A stretch of DNA of 64,000 bases from Haliotis rubra. Its lineage: Eukaryota. Position 1 is the first letter of the stretch. The number at the start of each line of letters is the position of its first letter. The position numbers and the translations under genes are program-made. The stretch spans positions 868,001 to 932,000 of the forward strand of contig NW_025765103.1 of the NCBI RefSeq assembly GCF_003918875.1, written 5' to 3'. The notes under the pieces were generated by a model. It was given only the letters and a program-made list of their open reading frames with translations, did no database searches and had not been told where the DNA came from. This document shows positions 26,638 to 40,597 of the stretch, piece by piece.

Positions 26638-26767
26638 CAAATTGCCTGCCTTTAAATTTGGTGCTATGACTTTTTCTGCTTTTAAATGACAGTGTAATGA
26701 ATATTTGTTTTTGAAATAAAACTCATTCCGAGTATGTACTTACAATGTTTATTAATGCAAACTTGTT

Positions 26768-26828
26768 CTCGTCACTATATGGCTGGAATAATGCCGATGT
26801 GACGCAAAACCCAACTCAACTCAACTCC
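26768..26828 (+). mobile_element. SINE/LINE 3' tail fragment
   Basis: CTCGTCACTATATGGCTGGAATAATGCCGATGTGACGCAAAACCC followed by (AACTC)n resembles the GCTGGAATATTGC tail of families A and B. Confidence 0.6.
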
Positions 26829-27742
26829 CAAATAACAACATTAATAGTCTCCACAAAATGTCAAAAGATATTTGTCCATCATACTTTTGATAATATTCAT
26901 TGCCCCTTTCATGTGATTATTAATATTGTTAAAAAGATGCTCTGAACATACTCTTTACAGCAGAGTAAATGATATTTCTCTGCTTAATGTCACCATTACT
27001 TAATATGCAACAAAATCAAGACAGAACTTCATTTACACAAAACCTATAACTGCCACAAGCTCTGGACAGAAGGTCTCCCACAGACCTTTAACCAATAACC
27101 TCCATGCAATTATAGCCATATACCATATTCCTCTGCCGTACACAGACCCATTAAATGTTTAACAGCCTAATTACCTAAGTATTAATGCATGCAAGTGTCT
27201 TCAGCCTGTTTATCAACACTCCTGGAAGACTGGCTTCATGATTATGTATACACATATGTATGTAGGACAATGTCCGAAATGGCTAATTGCTTCACTTGCA
27301 GATAGCATCAACAAACCATCTGTGTAATGGATCTATCCCCTTCCCCAAGTTGCCTCATCAACAGGTCATGCCATCCACGCCCCATGGATAAACAATGCCA
27401 TTTGCATTTTCATGTTAAATTCATTTTGAAAAAGATTTACGATGACATATATTTAATGACCATTTAAAAAAAGTCGTGTATTTATAATGATGGCGTCATT
27501 AGTTATATTACAAAGGATGTAGTTTTAGTGTTGCTATTAAGGTCAGCAATGAAGATGCACACTGTCACAATCGGTACTCTTCTGTCATGACAGACACGCG
27601 GGTTTGGCAAGGTGCGGTAATTAATGGAGGTGGCTGGAGACAGAGCTTACTGACACTTACATAGATACACCTGCTGGGGTGTGTCGGGTGATGGTCATCT
27701 CTAGGAGGGGTTGTCAGCACTTCTACACACACGTCACCGATG

Positions 27743-28975
27743 GGAAGATGTCTGCTTGAGTGTGGAAGATGTGGGCTTGAGTGTGGAAGATGTCTGCTTG
27801 AGTGTGGAAGATGTGGGCTTGAGTGTGGAAGATGTGTGCTTGAGTGTGGAAGATGTCTGCTTGAGTGTGGAAGATGTGGGCTTGAGTGTGGAAGATGTGG
27901 GCTTGAGTGTGGAAGATGTGTGCTTGAGTGTGGAAGATGTCTGCTTGAGTGTGGAAGATGTCTGCTTGAGTGTGGAAGATGTGGGCTTGAGTGTGGAAGA
28001 TGTGGGCTTGGGTGTGGAAGATGTGGGCTTGAGTGTGGAAGATGTGGGCTTGGAGTGTGGGAAGATGTGGGCTTGGGTGTGGAAGATGTCTGCTTGAGTG
28101 TGGAAGATGTGTGCTTGAGTGTGGAAGATGTGGGCTTGGGTGTGGAAGATGTGGGCTTGAGTGTGGAAGATGTGGGCTTGAGTGTGGAAGATGTGGGCTT
28201 GGGTGTGGAAGATGTGGGCTTGGGTGTGGAAGATGTCTGCTTGAGTGTGGAAGATGTGGGCTTGAGTGTGGAAGATGTGTTCTTGGGTGTGGAAGATGTG
28301 GGCTTGAGTGTGGAAGATGTGGGCTTGAGTGTGGAAGATGTGTTCTTGGGTGTGGAAGATGTGTGCTTGAGTGTGGAAGATGTGGGCTTGAGTGTGGAAG
28401 ATGTGTGCTTGGGTGTGGAAGATGTCTGCTTGAGTGTGGAAGATGTGTGCTTGGGTGTGGAAGATGGGGCTTGAGTTGTGTGGAAGATGTGTTCTTGGGT
28501 GTGGAAGATGTCTGCTTGGGTGTGGAAGATGTCTGCTTGAGTGTGGAAAGATGTCTGCTTGAGTGTGGAAGATGTGTTCTTGGGTGTGGAAGATGTCTGC
28601 TTGTGTGCCAAGATGTGGGCTTGAGTGTGGAAGATGTGTGGAAAATTGGGTGTGGGAAGATGTGTGCTTGGGTGTGGAAGATGTGTGCTTGTGGCTTGTG
28701 TGGAAGATGTGTGCTTGAGTGTGGAAGATGTGTGCTTGAGTGTGGAAGATGTGTGCTTGAGTGTGGAAGATGTGTGCTTGAGTGTGGAAGATGTGTTCTT
28801 GGGTGTGGAAGATGTGTGCTTGGGTGTGGAAGATGTGTGCTTGGGTGTGGAAGATGTGTGCTTGAGTGTGGAAGATGTGTGCTTGAGTGTGGAAGATGTG
28901 TTCTTGAGTGTGGAAGATGTGTGCTTGAGTGTGGAAGATGTGGGCTTGAGTGTGGAAGATGTGTGCTTGAGTGTG
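27743..28975. repeat. 21-bp minisatellite, about 58 copies
   Basis: Unit TG(A/G)GTGTGGAAGATGT(G/C)(G/T)(G/T)CT. Confidence 0.97.
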
Positions 28976-28989
28976 TATCTGTGCTCTGT

Positions 28990-29706
28990 AGTAGTAGCCA
29001 GATGGAAGCCACATTGTAGCAGTATTGTAGCCACACAGTAAGAGTGCTTTAGCCACACAGTAAGAGTGCTGTAGCCACATACTGTAGCCACAGATTGTAG
29101 CAGTACTGTAGCCACATTGTAGCAGTACTGTAGCCACCTTGTAGCAGTACTGTAGCCACATTGTAGCAGTACTGTAGCCACATTGTAGCAGTACTGTAGC
29201 CACATTGTAGCAGTACTGTAGCCACATTGTAGCAGTACTGTAGCCACACAGTAAGAGTGCTGTAGCCACACTGTAGCAGTACTGTAGCCACATTGTAGCA
29301 GTACTGTAGCCACACTGTAGCAGTACTGTAGCCACATTATAGCAGTACTGTAGCCACACAGTAAGAGTGCTGTAGCCACACTGTAGCAGTACTGTAGCCA
29401 CATTGTAGCAGTACTGTAGCCACATTGTAAGAGTGCTGTAGCCACCTTGTAGCAGTACTGTAGCCACATTGTAGCAGTACTGTAGCCACATTGTAGCAGT
29501 ACTGTAGCCACGTTGTAGCAGTACTGTAGCCACATTGTAGCAGTACTGTAGCCACATTATAGCAGTACTGTAGCCACACAGTAAGAGTGCTGTAGCCACA
29601 CTGTAGCAGTACTGTAGCCACCTTGTAGCAGTACTGTAGCCACATTGTAGCAGTACTGTAGCCACACAGTAAGAGTGCTGTAGCCACCTTGTAGCAGTAC
29701 TGTAGC
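28990..29706. repeat. 22-bp (2x11) minisatellite, about 32 copies
   Basis: Unit TGTAGCCACAT-TGTAGCAGTAC, with a recurring variant TGTAGCCACACAGTAAGAGTGC. Confidence 0.97.
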
Positions 29707-30724
29707 CCCTGTTGTTGTGTAGTATATAACCACATTTTCACCACAATGTAATCAAATTGTAGCAGTAATGTAACCATTGTGAAACCAGGGATGTAACTAG
29801 CAGCATAACCACACTGTGACTAGCAATGTAAGGAGTCTGGACAGAGATACCAAAGGTTAATGATCCTTGACCCAATCTGTCTCAAGACTATCTAATTAGT
29901 TACAAGTTGGGAATTTCTTTTGTCCAAGATTTATTTCCAGTGTGTCCCCCAGTTACAGATGGAGCACATGGCTGCAGCAAATGGAGGCAGGATTAAAATG
30001 AAAAATGATCTCATTCCACAGGTTGGATGGCAGTTTTCTTATCTTGCAGAATATCTGTTGAACATACAGTGGAGGTCTGTTGACTGAGGGAACATTAGTT
30101 CAGTAGCTGCCTGCCCGGGGATGGACCTTGTGTAATGGAGGGCTGTCCAAGATTCATGTTTATTTCAAATGGATGTTAATTACACTGTTTACTTCATATG
30201 TTATCCAGCTTGATAAGCTTGACCTGTCCACCATGGCACTCAGGGTTGAAGGTGAACCTTGACAAGGAACTGAAGGGGCAATTCAAAAGTTGTTTCAGAC
30301 ATTCACAACTAGTCATCAAGATAATTATTTTATCCACTATTGTTCTGAGTATTGTTATTGTTGTAGGTTTGAAATATTGTCCATACCACTTTCTGGGTTC
30401 TTTACTGCAGATTAGGAATACTGGTGGTCTAGTTGTTTTAGGTGCTGCTCTTCACTGTGCAAAGTTGTGCCCCTTGGGCATGCCAGGATCCTATAATCAT
30501 GGGTTCAAATACTTGTAGGTTTGTCAGCACAATTCAGTGGTTGTGGCAAATGGCTAAGACCTGTCCTGCCACATTTAGCTCATATGATGTGTTAGTGGAA
30601 TAAAGTTCAAAGCAGACTTAAAACCCACACTGGGCCCATATACCAGTTGAGGTAAATCATAAAGTTTAATTGTATTAATTTCAAATTCTAATGGACTGGA
30701 ATTGTACAGATATTACATAGACAT

Positions 30725-30889
30725 GAGTGCGTGCATGAGTTTTTTTACGACGCTTTTAGCAATATTCCAGCAATATCACAGCAGGGGACACCAGAAATTG
30801 GCATCACACATTGTACCCATGTGGGGAATCAAACCCAGATCTTCAGTGTGATGAGCGGACACTTTAACCATTAGCCTACCCACCGCCCC
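30725..30889 (-). mobile_element. SINE family A (tRNA-derived), full length
   Basis: The reverse complement aligns to 40436-40597 from the GGGGCGGT head to the tail. Confidence 0.88.
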
Positions 30890-31749
30890 TGATATGAAGA
30901 GGAGAGTAACTGTTACTATGACGACCATGCATGTTCACCGGTGTGAAGAATATATGAAAACAACCTATATAAAAGTTTTTTTGCCAACCAATTTATAAAG
31001 AATTATTCCATTACACTCTTATCTGGTGGAGAACACATAATATTGTCCTAATCCATCTTACACATCTTTAATATACTTGCCAATACACACTGAAACCCAT
31101 TTGATAAAGGAGCATGTTACTTCAACTTTAATTTAAATGTAAGATTAGGTCTTTCACAGGTGAGCAATGGTTCTTAGCCACCTGTTGTCCCGATCACATT
31201 TCAATACTGGATTACCTGCACATACAGTCCGAAGAAAAAGTAAGTTACACTTGAAGAGCTGACCTTGTTGTGAGAGTCAGAGTAACTGACGACTGATTGG
31301 AAGGGGGAGACGGAGGGGGAGGGAGACATGTCCCAAGGAGGACATACCATACTGAACAGAAAGCTGTACCACCGAGAAATATGGAAATTTATTTATACTG
31401 TATATGATCATTGAAAAGCCGAATTTTGAAGACCAACAAAAGCAGTCTATAGAAATGAGTCAGCTTATCTATGGGTTACACTTTTATCAAACTCATTTTT
31501 GTGGTGGTAAGAAAACATCATTTCTTGTGAATTTGCAATTCAACATCGCTTGACAAGATTATTTACCTTTTTAAGTGTTGATTTGTTTTTGCTGGGCATT
31601 GGATTATATGCAGGGATAAAGAATACCACGTGTATTTGTCTCGTAAAACAGAATTTGGTGTCTGGTGAAAATGAGCAACAGAATGAGCTACAGCACTGAG
31701 CTTGTGCCATCTACTGACAGATGGTTAAAGTAAAGAGTCAAAGCTATTC

Positions 31750-32045
31750 CCTTTGATAGACAGGTACAGTATGGGACAGAAGTGAGTGCCAATGTTCTAG
31801 TGAGGGATAGGTATAATATACAGGGCAGAAGTTAGTGTCAGTGTTCCTGTTTGAGATAGGACATTACAGGACAGAATTAGTGGCAGTAATATATGAAGTT
31901 GTACAGTACAGCTCAAAATCTCGTCAGTGCTCTTGTGAGAGCTACAGTACAGCGTAGAATTTAGGACCACTGAACTAGTGAGAGAAAAGTACAGTACATT
32001 GCTGAAACTGAAGCCAGTGGTTCACTGTGAAAGCTAGAGTAGTAA
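31750..32045. repeat. Ancient decayed minisatellite (units of about 45-50 bp)
   Basis: The pattern GAGA(T/C)AGGTACAGTACA...CAGAA...CAGTG(T/C)TC..GTGA recurs about 6 times at low identity. Confidence 0.5.
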
Positions 32046-32714
32046 ATGAGAGAATGGCAGTTGCTTTATGCCACAGTTTGCAACATCACCTGTATGTAAT
32101 CAATGTGTTAAAACAGAGATTACTGGGGACTCACACTACCCTGGACTCTACTCCTGACAGACAGATAGAAAAGCACAACAAGAGAGAACTTGATCTAAAC
32201 ATATCCACCATTGGCTTGACGACAGATTATCCTGATCATACAGATCAAACAAAGCATATCTAACATTGATGCATATTTGCAAACTGCTGATAATACAGCT
32301 GTTTCGTATTCTATTCCACTTTGTCAAAAATTGACTATAACACATCAATTCCCAAAAACAGAAACTTGTCTTTGATTCTGGGGGTACTTCCTGTGTTTAC
32401 AAGTCAGTGTTTAGCTGTTCCAGGCTGTGAACACACCTGTAATCTCTGTCAGCCTGATGTACCGGGCCAGTAATCTATCCCTGGTGACTCACAGCTCACT
32501 ATCACAAGGGTCCACATGTAGATCGCTACTTTCAACAGTATTAAATCCTCATTAAGTATTATCCATATCAACTGATACTCAAACCTTTTTTTTGTAGGGA
32601 CTCAGTTTGAAAAGATTTCTAATTCAAACCTTGATGTCCAAATAAGGAAATATGGGTGACAATGACAACAATTGCGGCACACCTAAATGTGGTACTATGG
32701 CGGATACAATCCTT

Positions 32715-35700
32715 CACATCTCCATCAGGTGCTATCTGGATACCCTCCTTCCCCTACAGACATTGACAATCACATCTACATCAGGTGCTATCTGGATACC
32801 CTCCTTCCCCTACAGACATTGACAATCACATCTACATCAGGTGCTATCTGGATACCCTCCTTCCCCTACAGACATTGACAATCACATCTACATCAGGTGC
32901 TATCTGGATACCCTCCTTCCCCTACAGACATTGACAATCACATCTACATCAGGTGCCATCTGGATACCCTCCTTCCCCTACAGACATTGACAATCACATC
33001 TACATCAGGTGCCATCTGGATACCCTCCTTCCCTACAGACATTGACAATCACATCTACATCAGGTGCTATCTGGATACCCTCCTTCCCCTACAGACATTG
33101 ACTCCATCTCCAGGTGCTATCTGGATACCCTCCTTCCCTACAGACATTGACAATCACATCTACATCAGGTGCTATCTGGATACCCTCCTTCCCCTACAGA
33201 CATTGACAATCACATCTACATCAGGTGCCATCTGGATACCCTCCTTCCCCTACAGACATTGACAATCACATCTACATCAGGTGCTATCTGGATACCCTCC
33301 TTCCCCTACAGACATTGACAATCACATCTACATCAGGTGCTATCTGGATACCCTCCTTCCCCTAGACATTGACAATCACATCTACATCAGGTGCTATCTG
33401 GATACCCTCCTTCCCCTACAGACATTGACAATCACATCTACATCAGGTGCTATCTGGATACCCTCCTTCCCCTACAGACATTGACAATCACATCTACATC
33501 AGGTGCTATCTGGATACCCTCCTTCCCCTACAGACATTGACAATCACATCTACATCAGGTGCTATCTGGATACCCTCCTTCCCCTACAGACATTGACAAT
33601 CACATCTACATCAGGTGCTATCTGGATACCCTCCTTCCCCCTACAGACATTGACAATCACATCTACATCAGGTGCCATCTGGATACCCTCCTTCCCCTAC
33701 AGACATTGACAATCACATCTACATCAGGTGCCATCTGGATACCCTCCTTCCCCTACAGACATTGACAATCACATCTACATCAGGTGCTATCTGGATACCC
33801 TCCTTCCCCTACAGACATTGACAATCACATCTACATCAGGTGCCATCTGATACCCTCCTTCCCCTACAGACATTGACAATCACATCTACATCAGGTGCTA
33901 TCTGGATACCCTCCTTCCCCTACAGACATTGACAATCACATCTACATCAGGTGCCATCTGATACCCTCCTTCCCCTACAGACATTGACAATCACATCTAC
34001 ATCAGGTGCCATCTGGATACCCTCCTTCCCCTACAGACATTGACAATCACATCTACATCAGGTGCCATCTGGATACCCTCCTTCCCCTACAGACATTGAC
34101 AATCACATCTACATCAGGTGCCATCTGGATACCCTCCTTCCCCTACAGACATTGACAATCACATCTACATCAGGTGCCATCTGGATACCCTCCTTCCCCC
34201 TACAGACATTGACAATCACATCTACATCAGGTGCCATCTGGATACCCTCCTTCCCCTACAGACATTGACAATCACATCTACATCAGGTGCCATCTGGATA
34301 CCCTCCTTCCCCACAGACATTGACAATCACATCTACATCAGGTGCCATCTGGATACCCTCCTTCCCCTACAGACATTGACAATCACATCTACATCAGGTG
34401 CCATCTGGATACCCTCCTTCCCCTACAGACATTGACAATCACATCTACATCAGGTGCCATCTGGATACCCTCCTTCCCCTACAGACATTGACAATCACAT
34501 CTACATCAGGTGCCATCTGATACCCTCCTTCCCCTACAGACATTGACAATCACATCTACATCAGGTGCCATCTGGATACCCTCCTTCCCCTACAGACATT
34601 GACAATCACATCTACATCAGGTGCCATCTGGATACCCTCCTTCCCCTACAGACATTGACAATCACATCTACATCAGGTGCCATCTGGATACCCTCCTTCC
34701 CCTACAGACATTGACAATCACATCTACATCAGGTGCCATCTGGATACCCTCCTTCCCTACAGACATTGACAATCACACATCTACATCAGGTGCCATCTGG
34801 ATACCCTCCTTCCCCTACAGACATTGACAATCACATCTACATCAGGTGCCATCTGGATACCCTCCTTCCCCTACAGACATTGACAATCACATCTACATCA
34901 GGTGCCATCTGGATACCCTCCTTCCCTACAGACATTGACAATCACATCTACATCAGGTGCCATCTGGATACCCTCCTTCCCTACAGACATTGACAATCAC
35001 ATCTACATCAGGTGCCATCTGGATACCCTCCTTCCCCTACAGACATTGACAATCACATCACATCAGGTGCCATCTGGATACCCTCCTTCCCTACAGACAT
35101 TGACAATCACATCTACATCAGGTGCTATCTGGATACCCTCCTTCCCTACAGACATTGACAATCACATCTACATCAGGTGCCATCTGGATACCCTCCTTCC
35201 CCTACAGACATTGACAATCACATCTACATCAGGTGCTATCTGGATACCCTCCTTCCCCTACAGACATTGACAATCACATCTACATCAGGTGCCATCTGGA
35301 TACCCTCCTTCCCCTACAGACATTGACAATCACATCTACATCAGGTGCTATCTGATATATACTCCTTCCCCTACAGACACATTGACAATCACATCTACAT
35401 CAGGTGCTATCTGGATACCCTCCTTCCCTACAGACATTGACAATCACATCTACATCAGGTGCTATCTGATACCCTCCTTCCCCTACAGACATTGACAATC
35501 ACATGTACATCAGGTGCCATCTGGATACCCTCCTTCCCCTACAGACATTGACAATCACATCTACATCAGGGTGCTATCTGGATACCCTCCTTCCCCTACA
35601 ACAGACATTGACAATCACATCTACATCAGGTGCCATCTGATACCCTCCTTCCCCTACAGACATTGACAATCACATCTACATCAGGTGCCATCTGGATACC

Positions 35701-37375
35701 CTCCTTCCCCTACAGACATTGACAATCACATCTACATCAGGTGCTATCTGGATACCCTCCTTCCCCTACAGACATTGACAATCACATCTACATCAGGTGC
35801 TATCTGGATACCCTCCTTCCCCTACAGACATTGACAATCACATCTACATCAGGTGCTATCTGATACCCTCCTTCCCTACAGACATTGACAATCACATCTA
35901 CATCAGGTGCTATCTGGATACCCTCCTTCCCTACAGACATTGACAATCACATGTACATCAGGTGCTATCTGGATACCCTCCTTCCCCTACAGACATTGAC
36001 AATCACATCTACATCAGGTGCTATCTGGATACCCTCCTTCCCCTACAGACATTGACAATCACATCTACATCAGGTGCTATCTGGATACCCTCCTTCCCTA
36101 CAGACATTGACAATCACATGTACATCAGGTGCTATCTGGATACCCTCCTTCCCTACAGACATTGACAATCACATCTACATCAGGTGCTATCTGGATACCC
36201 TCCTTCCCTACAGACATTGACAATCACATCTACATCAGGTGCCATCTGGATACCCTCCCTTCCCTACAGACATTGACAATCACATCTACATCAGGTGCTA
36301 TCTGGATACCCTCCTTCCCCTACAGACATTGACAATCACATCATACATCAGGTGCTATCTGGATACCCTCCTTCCCCTACAGACATTGACAATCACATCT
36401 ACATCAGGTGCCATCTGATACCCCTCCTTCCCCACACAGACATTGACAATCACATCTACATCAGGTGCTATCTGGATACCCCTCCTTCCCCTACAGACAT
36501 TGACAATCACATCTACATCAGGTGCTATCTGGATACCCCTCCTTCCCCATACAGACATTGACAATCACATCTACATCAGGTGCCATCTGGATACCCTCCT
36601 TCCCTACAGACATTGACAATCCACATCTACATCAGGTGCCATCTGATACCCTCCTTCCCTACAGACATTGACAATCACATCTACATCAGGTGCCATCTGG
36701 ATACCCTCCTTCCCCTACAGACATTGACAATCACATCTACATCAGGTGCTATCTGGATACCCTCCTTCCCCTACAGACATTGACAATCCACATCTACATC
36801 AGGTGCTATCTGGATACCCTCCTTCCCCTACAGACATTGACAATCACATCTACATCAGGTGCTATCTGGATACCCTCCTTCCCCTACAGACATTGACAAT
36901 CACATCTACATCAGGTGCTATCTGGATACCCTCCTTCCCCTACAGACATTGACAATCACATCTACATCAGGTGCTATCTGGATACCCTCCTTCCCCTACA
37001 GACATTGACAATCACATCTACATCAGGTGCCATCTGGATACCCTCCTTCCCGATACAGACATTGACAATCCACATCTACATCAGGTGCTATCTGATACCC
37101 TCCTTCCCGTACAGACATTGACAATCACATGTACATCAGGTGCTATCTGGATACCCTCCTTCCCGTACAGACATTGACAATCACATCTACATCAGGTGCT
37201 ATCTGGATACCCTCCTTCCCTTACAGACATTGACAATCACATCTACATCAGGTGCTATCTGGATACCCTCCTTCCCCGATACAGACATTGACAATCACAT
37301 CTACATCAGGTGCTATCTGGATACCCTCCTTCCCTGGCTACAGACATTGACAATCACATCTATCAGGTGCTATCT
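32715..37375. repeat. 56-bp satellite array, about 83 copies
   Basis: Unit CACATCTACATCAGGTGC(T/C)ATCTGGATACCCTCCTTCCCCTACAGACATTGACAAT. Confidence 0.98.
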
Positions 37376-37799
37376 CTATGCATGCCTTCCCTCTGAACTA
37401 GTTGGGAGTCACATATACATCAGGCAGTGCCATCTGTATACCTCCTTCCATACAGCATTGACAATCACTAACCACTAGGGGGTGCTATCTGATGTGTCCT
37501 TCCCTACAGCATTGACAACTCAACTACATCAGGTGCTATCTGGATATAATGTCCTCCTTCCTGCGTGCAGACATTGACAATCTAGAGTGTACAATGGTGC
37601 CATTCTGGATACCCTCGATGTTCCTACAGATTGACTATCACATGTGCATCAGGTGCTACTGGATACTAGGGGGAGTACAGACATTGACAATTCTCTGCAT
37701 GTGCAGGGGACTATCTGGAGTGTATCCTCCTTCCCACTCTGCATTGACACAATCACATCTACATCAGGTGCTATCTGCATACCCTGCTTCCCGGCTACT

Positions 37800-39817
37800 A
37801 ACTAGGAGTGTATCTGCATATTCTCTGCATGTGCTGGGGCTACTAACTAGGGGAGTGTATACGATGTGTATTCTCTGCATGTGCAGGGGCTACTAACTAG
37901 TATTCTGCATGCAGGGTGTATGTACGATGTGTATTCTCTGCATGTGCAGGGGCTACTAACTAGGGGGGAGTGTATATGATGTGTATTCTCTGCATGTGCA
38001 GGGGCTACTAACTAGGGGAGTATATATACGATGTGTATTCTCTGCATGTGCAGGGGCTATGAACTAGGGGAGTGTATACGATGTGTATTCTCTGCATGTG
38101 CAGGGGGCTACTAACTAGGGGGGAGTGTATACGATGTGTATTCTCTGCATGTGCAGGGGACTACTAACTAGGGGAGTGTATACGATGTGTATTCTCTGCA
38201 TGTGCAGGGGCTACTAACTAGGGGAGTGTATCACGATGTGTATTCTCTGCATGTGCAGGGGCTACTAACTAGGGGAGTGTATACGATGTGTATTCTCTGC
38301 ATGTGCAGGGGCTACTAACTAGGGGGGAGTGTATACGATGTGTATTCTCTGCATGTGCAGGGGGCTACTAACTAGGGGGGGTGTATACGATGTGTATTCT
38401 CTGCATGTGCAGGGGGCTACTAACTAGGGGGAGTGTATACGATGTGTATTCTCTGCATGTGCAGGGGGCTACTAACTAGGGGGAGTGTATACGATGTGTA
38501 TTCTCTGCATGTGCAGGGGGCTACTAACTAGGGGAGTGTATATGATGTGTATTCATGTCTGCATGGCTACATGTCCAGGGACACTCTGAACAGGGGGACA
38601 CGGAGTATTCATAACCATGGGCAGATATGGCTACTAGTGGATGTGCGATGTGTATTCTCTGCATGGCATGCAAGGGGGGACTATGAAGGACACTAGTGCA
38701 GGGGCTACCTAACTATAATGGAGTGTGTGTATTCTCTGCATGTGCAGGGGGCTACTAACTAGGAGGAAGTATCACAATCTGTCTTCTCTGCATGTGCAGG
38801 AGGCGGACTAGTTAGAAGTGTATACATGTGTATTCTCTGCATGTGCCAGGGGCTACACAACCCAGCACATGGCATGCACGACCCAGTGTATTCTCTGGAG
38901 CAGGAAAGGCATGATGGACCCCAGACTAGGAGGGAGAGTGTGCACAGTGTGGAAGGACCGAGAGGAGAATCCCACACACGGAATGGCATAACACAAATCC
39001 AGACCCACACGATGTGCTAGTAACTAGAGGTATACGATGTGTGTATTCTCTGCATGTGCGGGGCTACGAACTGGAGTAGTGTATGGTCTTCTCATGTGCA
39101 GGGGACTATTAACTAGGGGAGTATATACGATGTGTATTCTCTGCATGTGCAGGGGAGGCTACTTATGAACTAGGGGAGTGTATACGATGTGTATTCTCTG
39201 CATGTGCAGGGGCTATTAACTAGGGGAGTATATATGATGTGTATTCTCTGCACTGTGTGCAGGGGCTACTAACGACATGTGAGTGTATAATGATGTGTAT
39301 TCTCTGGGTATTACACGCATGTGCAGGGGCTATGAACTAGAGGAGTGTATATGATGTGTATTCTCTGCATGTGCAGGGGCTACTGAACTAGGGGAGGCAT
39401 GTATAACGATGTGTATTCTCTGCATGTGCAGGGGCTATCTAACCAGGTGAAGGGAGTGTATATGATGTGTATTCTCTGCATGTGCAGGGGGCTACTAACT
39501 AGGGGAGGTATCACGATGTGTATTCTCTGCATGTGCAGGGGACTACTAACTAGGGGGAGTGTATACGATGTGTATTCTCTGCATGTGCAGGGGGCTATGA
39601 ACTAGGGGGGAGTGTATACGATGTGTATTCTCTGCATGTGCAGGGGGCTACTAACTAGGGGGGAGTGTATACGATGTGTATTCTCTGCATGTGCAGGGGG
39701 CTGCTAATTAGGGGGAGAGTATACGATGTGCAGGGGGCTACGAACTAGTTGGGAGCGTATACGATGTGTATTCTCTGCATGTGCAGGGGGCTACGAACTA
39801 GTTGGGAGTGTGTATAA
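37800..39817. repeat. About 50-53-bp minisatellite array, scrambled at about 38550-39110
   Basis: Unit ACTAACTAGGGGAGTGTATACGATGTGTATTCTCTGCATGTGCAGGGGCT with variable G-run lengths. Confidence 0.93.
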
Positions 39818-40282
39818 CATATGTATTTCATTAGTCAATGTCCTGGGCTATCTCCTCACTCTCCTCCCACCAGATAACAGTGATACAGTTGGCACAGAGA
39901 GCACCCTGCCACATCCCTGCCAAGTTGCATCAGCCACACAAGGAGCGGGGACACGTACTGCTGGCTAGTGGTCAGTACACGTACTCAAAGTATACTCTTA
40001 TGGCTCCAACCATGTTTCTCTGTCATGCTTCTGTGTACAGGCAGTGGGAGGCACATGTCCTGTTTTGTAGGTCTTAAATAGGTGGGTGGGTGAGTGAGTG
40101 ACCATGTTTTACTTACTGGATAAAACCACTTTGCAACCATATGGGACTCAAACTCAAGCCTCCTTAATCATCAGCAAGTGCTATATAGGCACTATACCAC
40201 ACAGAGCAATGAAATATAACCTTTTATATCATATGAATGTTAGCAGATGAACTAGGTATCTAGCATACACATCTGCTAGGAA

Positions 40283-40432
40283 ATCCTGTGATTGACATCA
40301 TGAGCATTGGGACATGAGACATGCATTAACAAAGTCATCAGGTCTGACCATCCACCCATGTGCGTCTCTCCTAACAACAATCATTGGTTGTTTAAGACTG
40401 CTGATGACCACTTCTCACACGGATCTTCAGGG
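40283..40432 (-). mobile_element. Old degenerate SINE family B fragment
   Basis: AATCCTGTGATTGACATCATGAGCAT...AAGTCATCAGGTCTGACCA...CGGATCTTCAGGG follows the reverse complement of family B. Confidence 0.6.
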
Positions 40433-40435
40433 TGG

Positions 40436-40597
40436 GGGGCGGTGGGGTATCCTAGTGGTTAAAGCATTGGCTCATCATGCCGAAGACCCGGGTTCGAATC
40501 CCCACTTGGGTACAATGTGTGAAGCCCATTTCTAGTGTCCCCCGCCGTGATGTTGCTGGAATATTGCTAAAAGCGGCGTAAAACCAAACTCAGTCAG
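40436..40597 (+). mobile_element. SINE family A (tRNA-derived), full length with TSD
   Basis: A box TATCCTAGTGG at 40448-40458, B box GGTTCGAATCC at 40491-40501, tail GCTGGAATATTGCTAAAAGCGGCGTAAAAC followed by (CAGT)n. TSD TCAGGGTGG at 40427-40435 and 40598-40606. Confidence 0.95.

Noticed and set aside
32687-37896. Many short ORFs (TDIDNHIYIRCYLDTLLP...)
   Set aside because: Products of the 56-bp satellite, which has a stop in every unit.
40436-40510. tRNA gene
   Set aside because: A and B boxes are present, but it continues into a multi-copy SINE body and tail with TSDs and lacks a proper acceptor stem.
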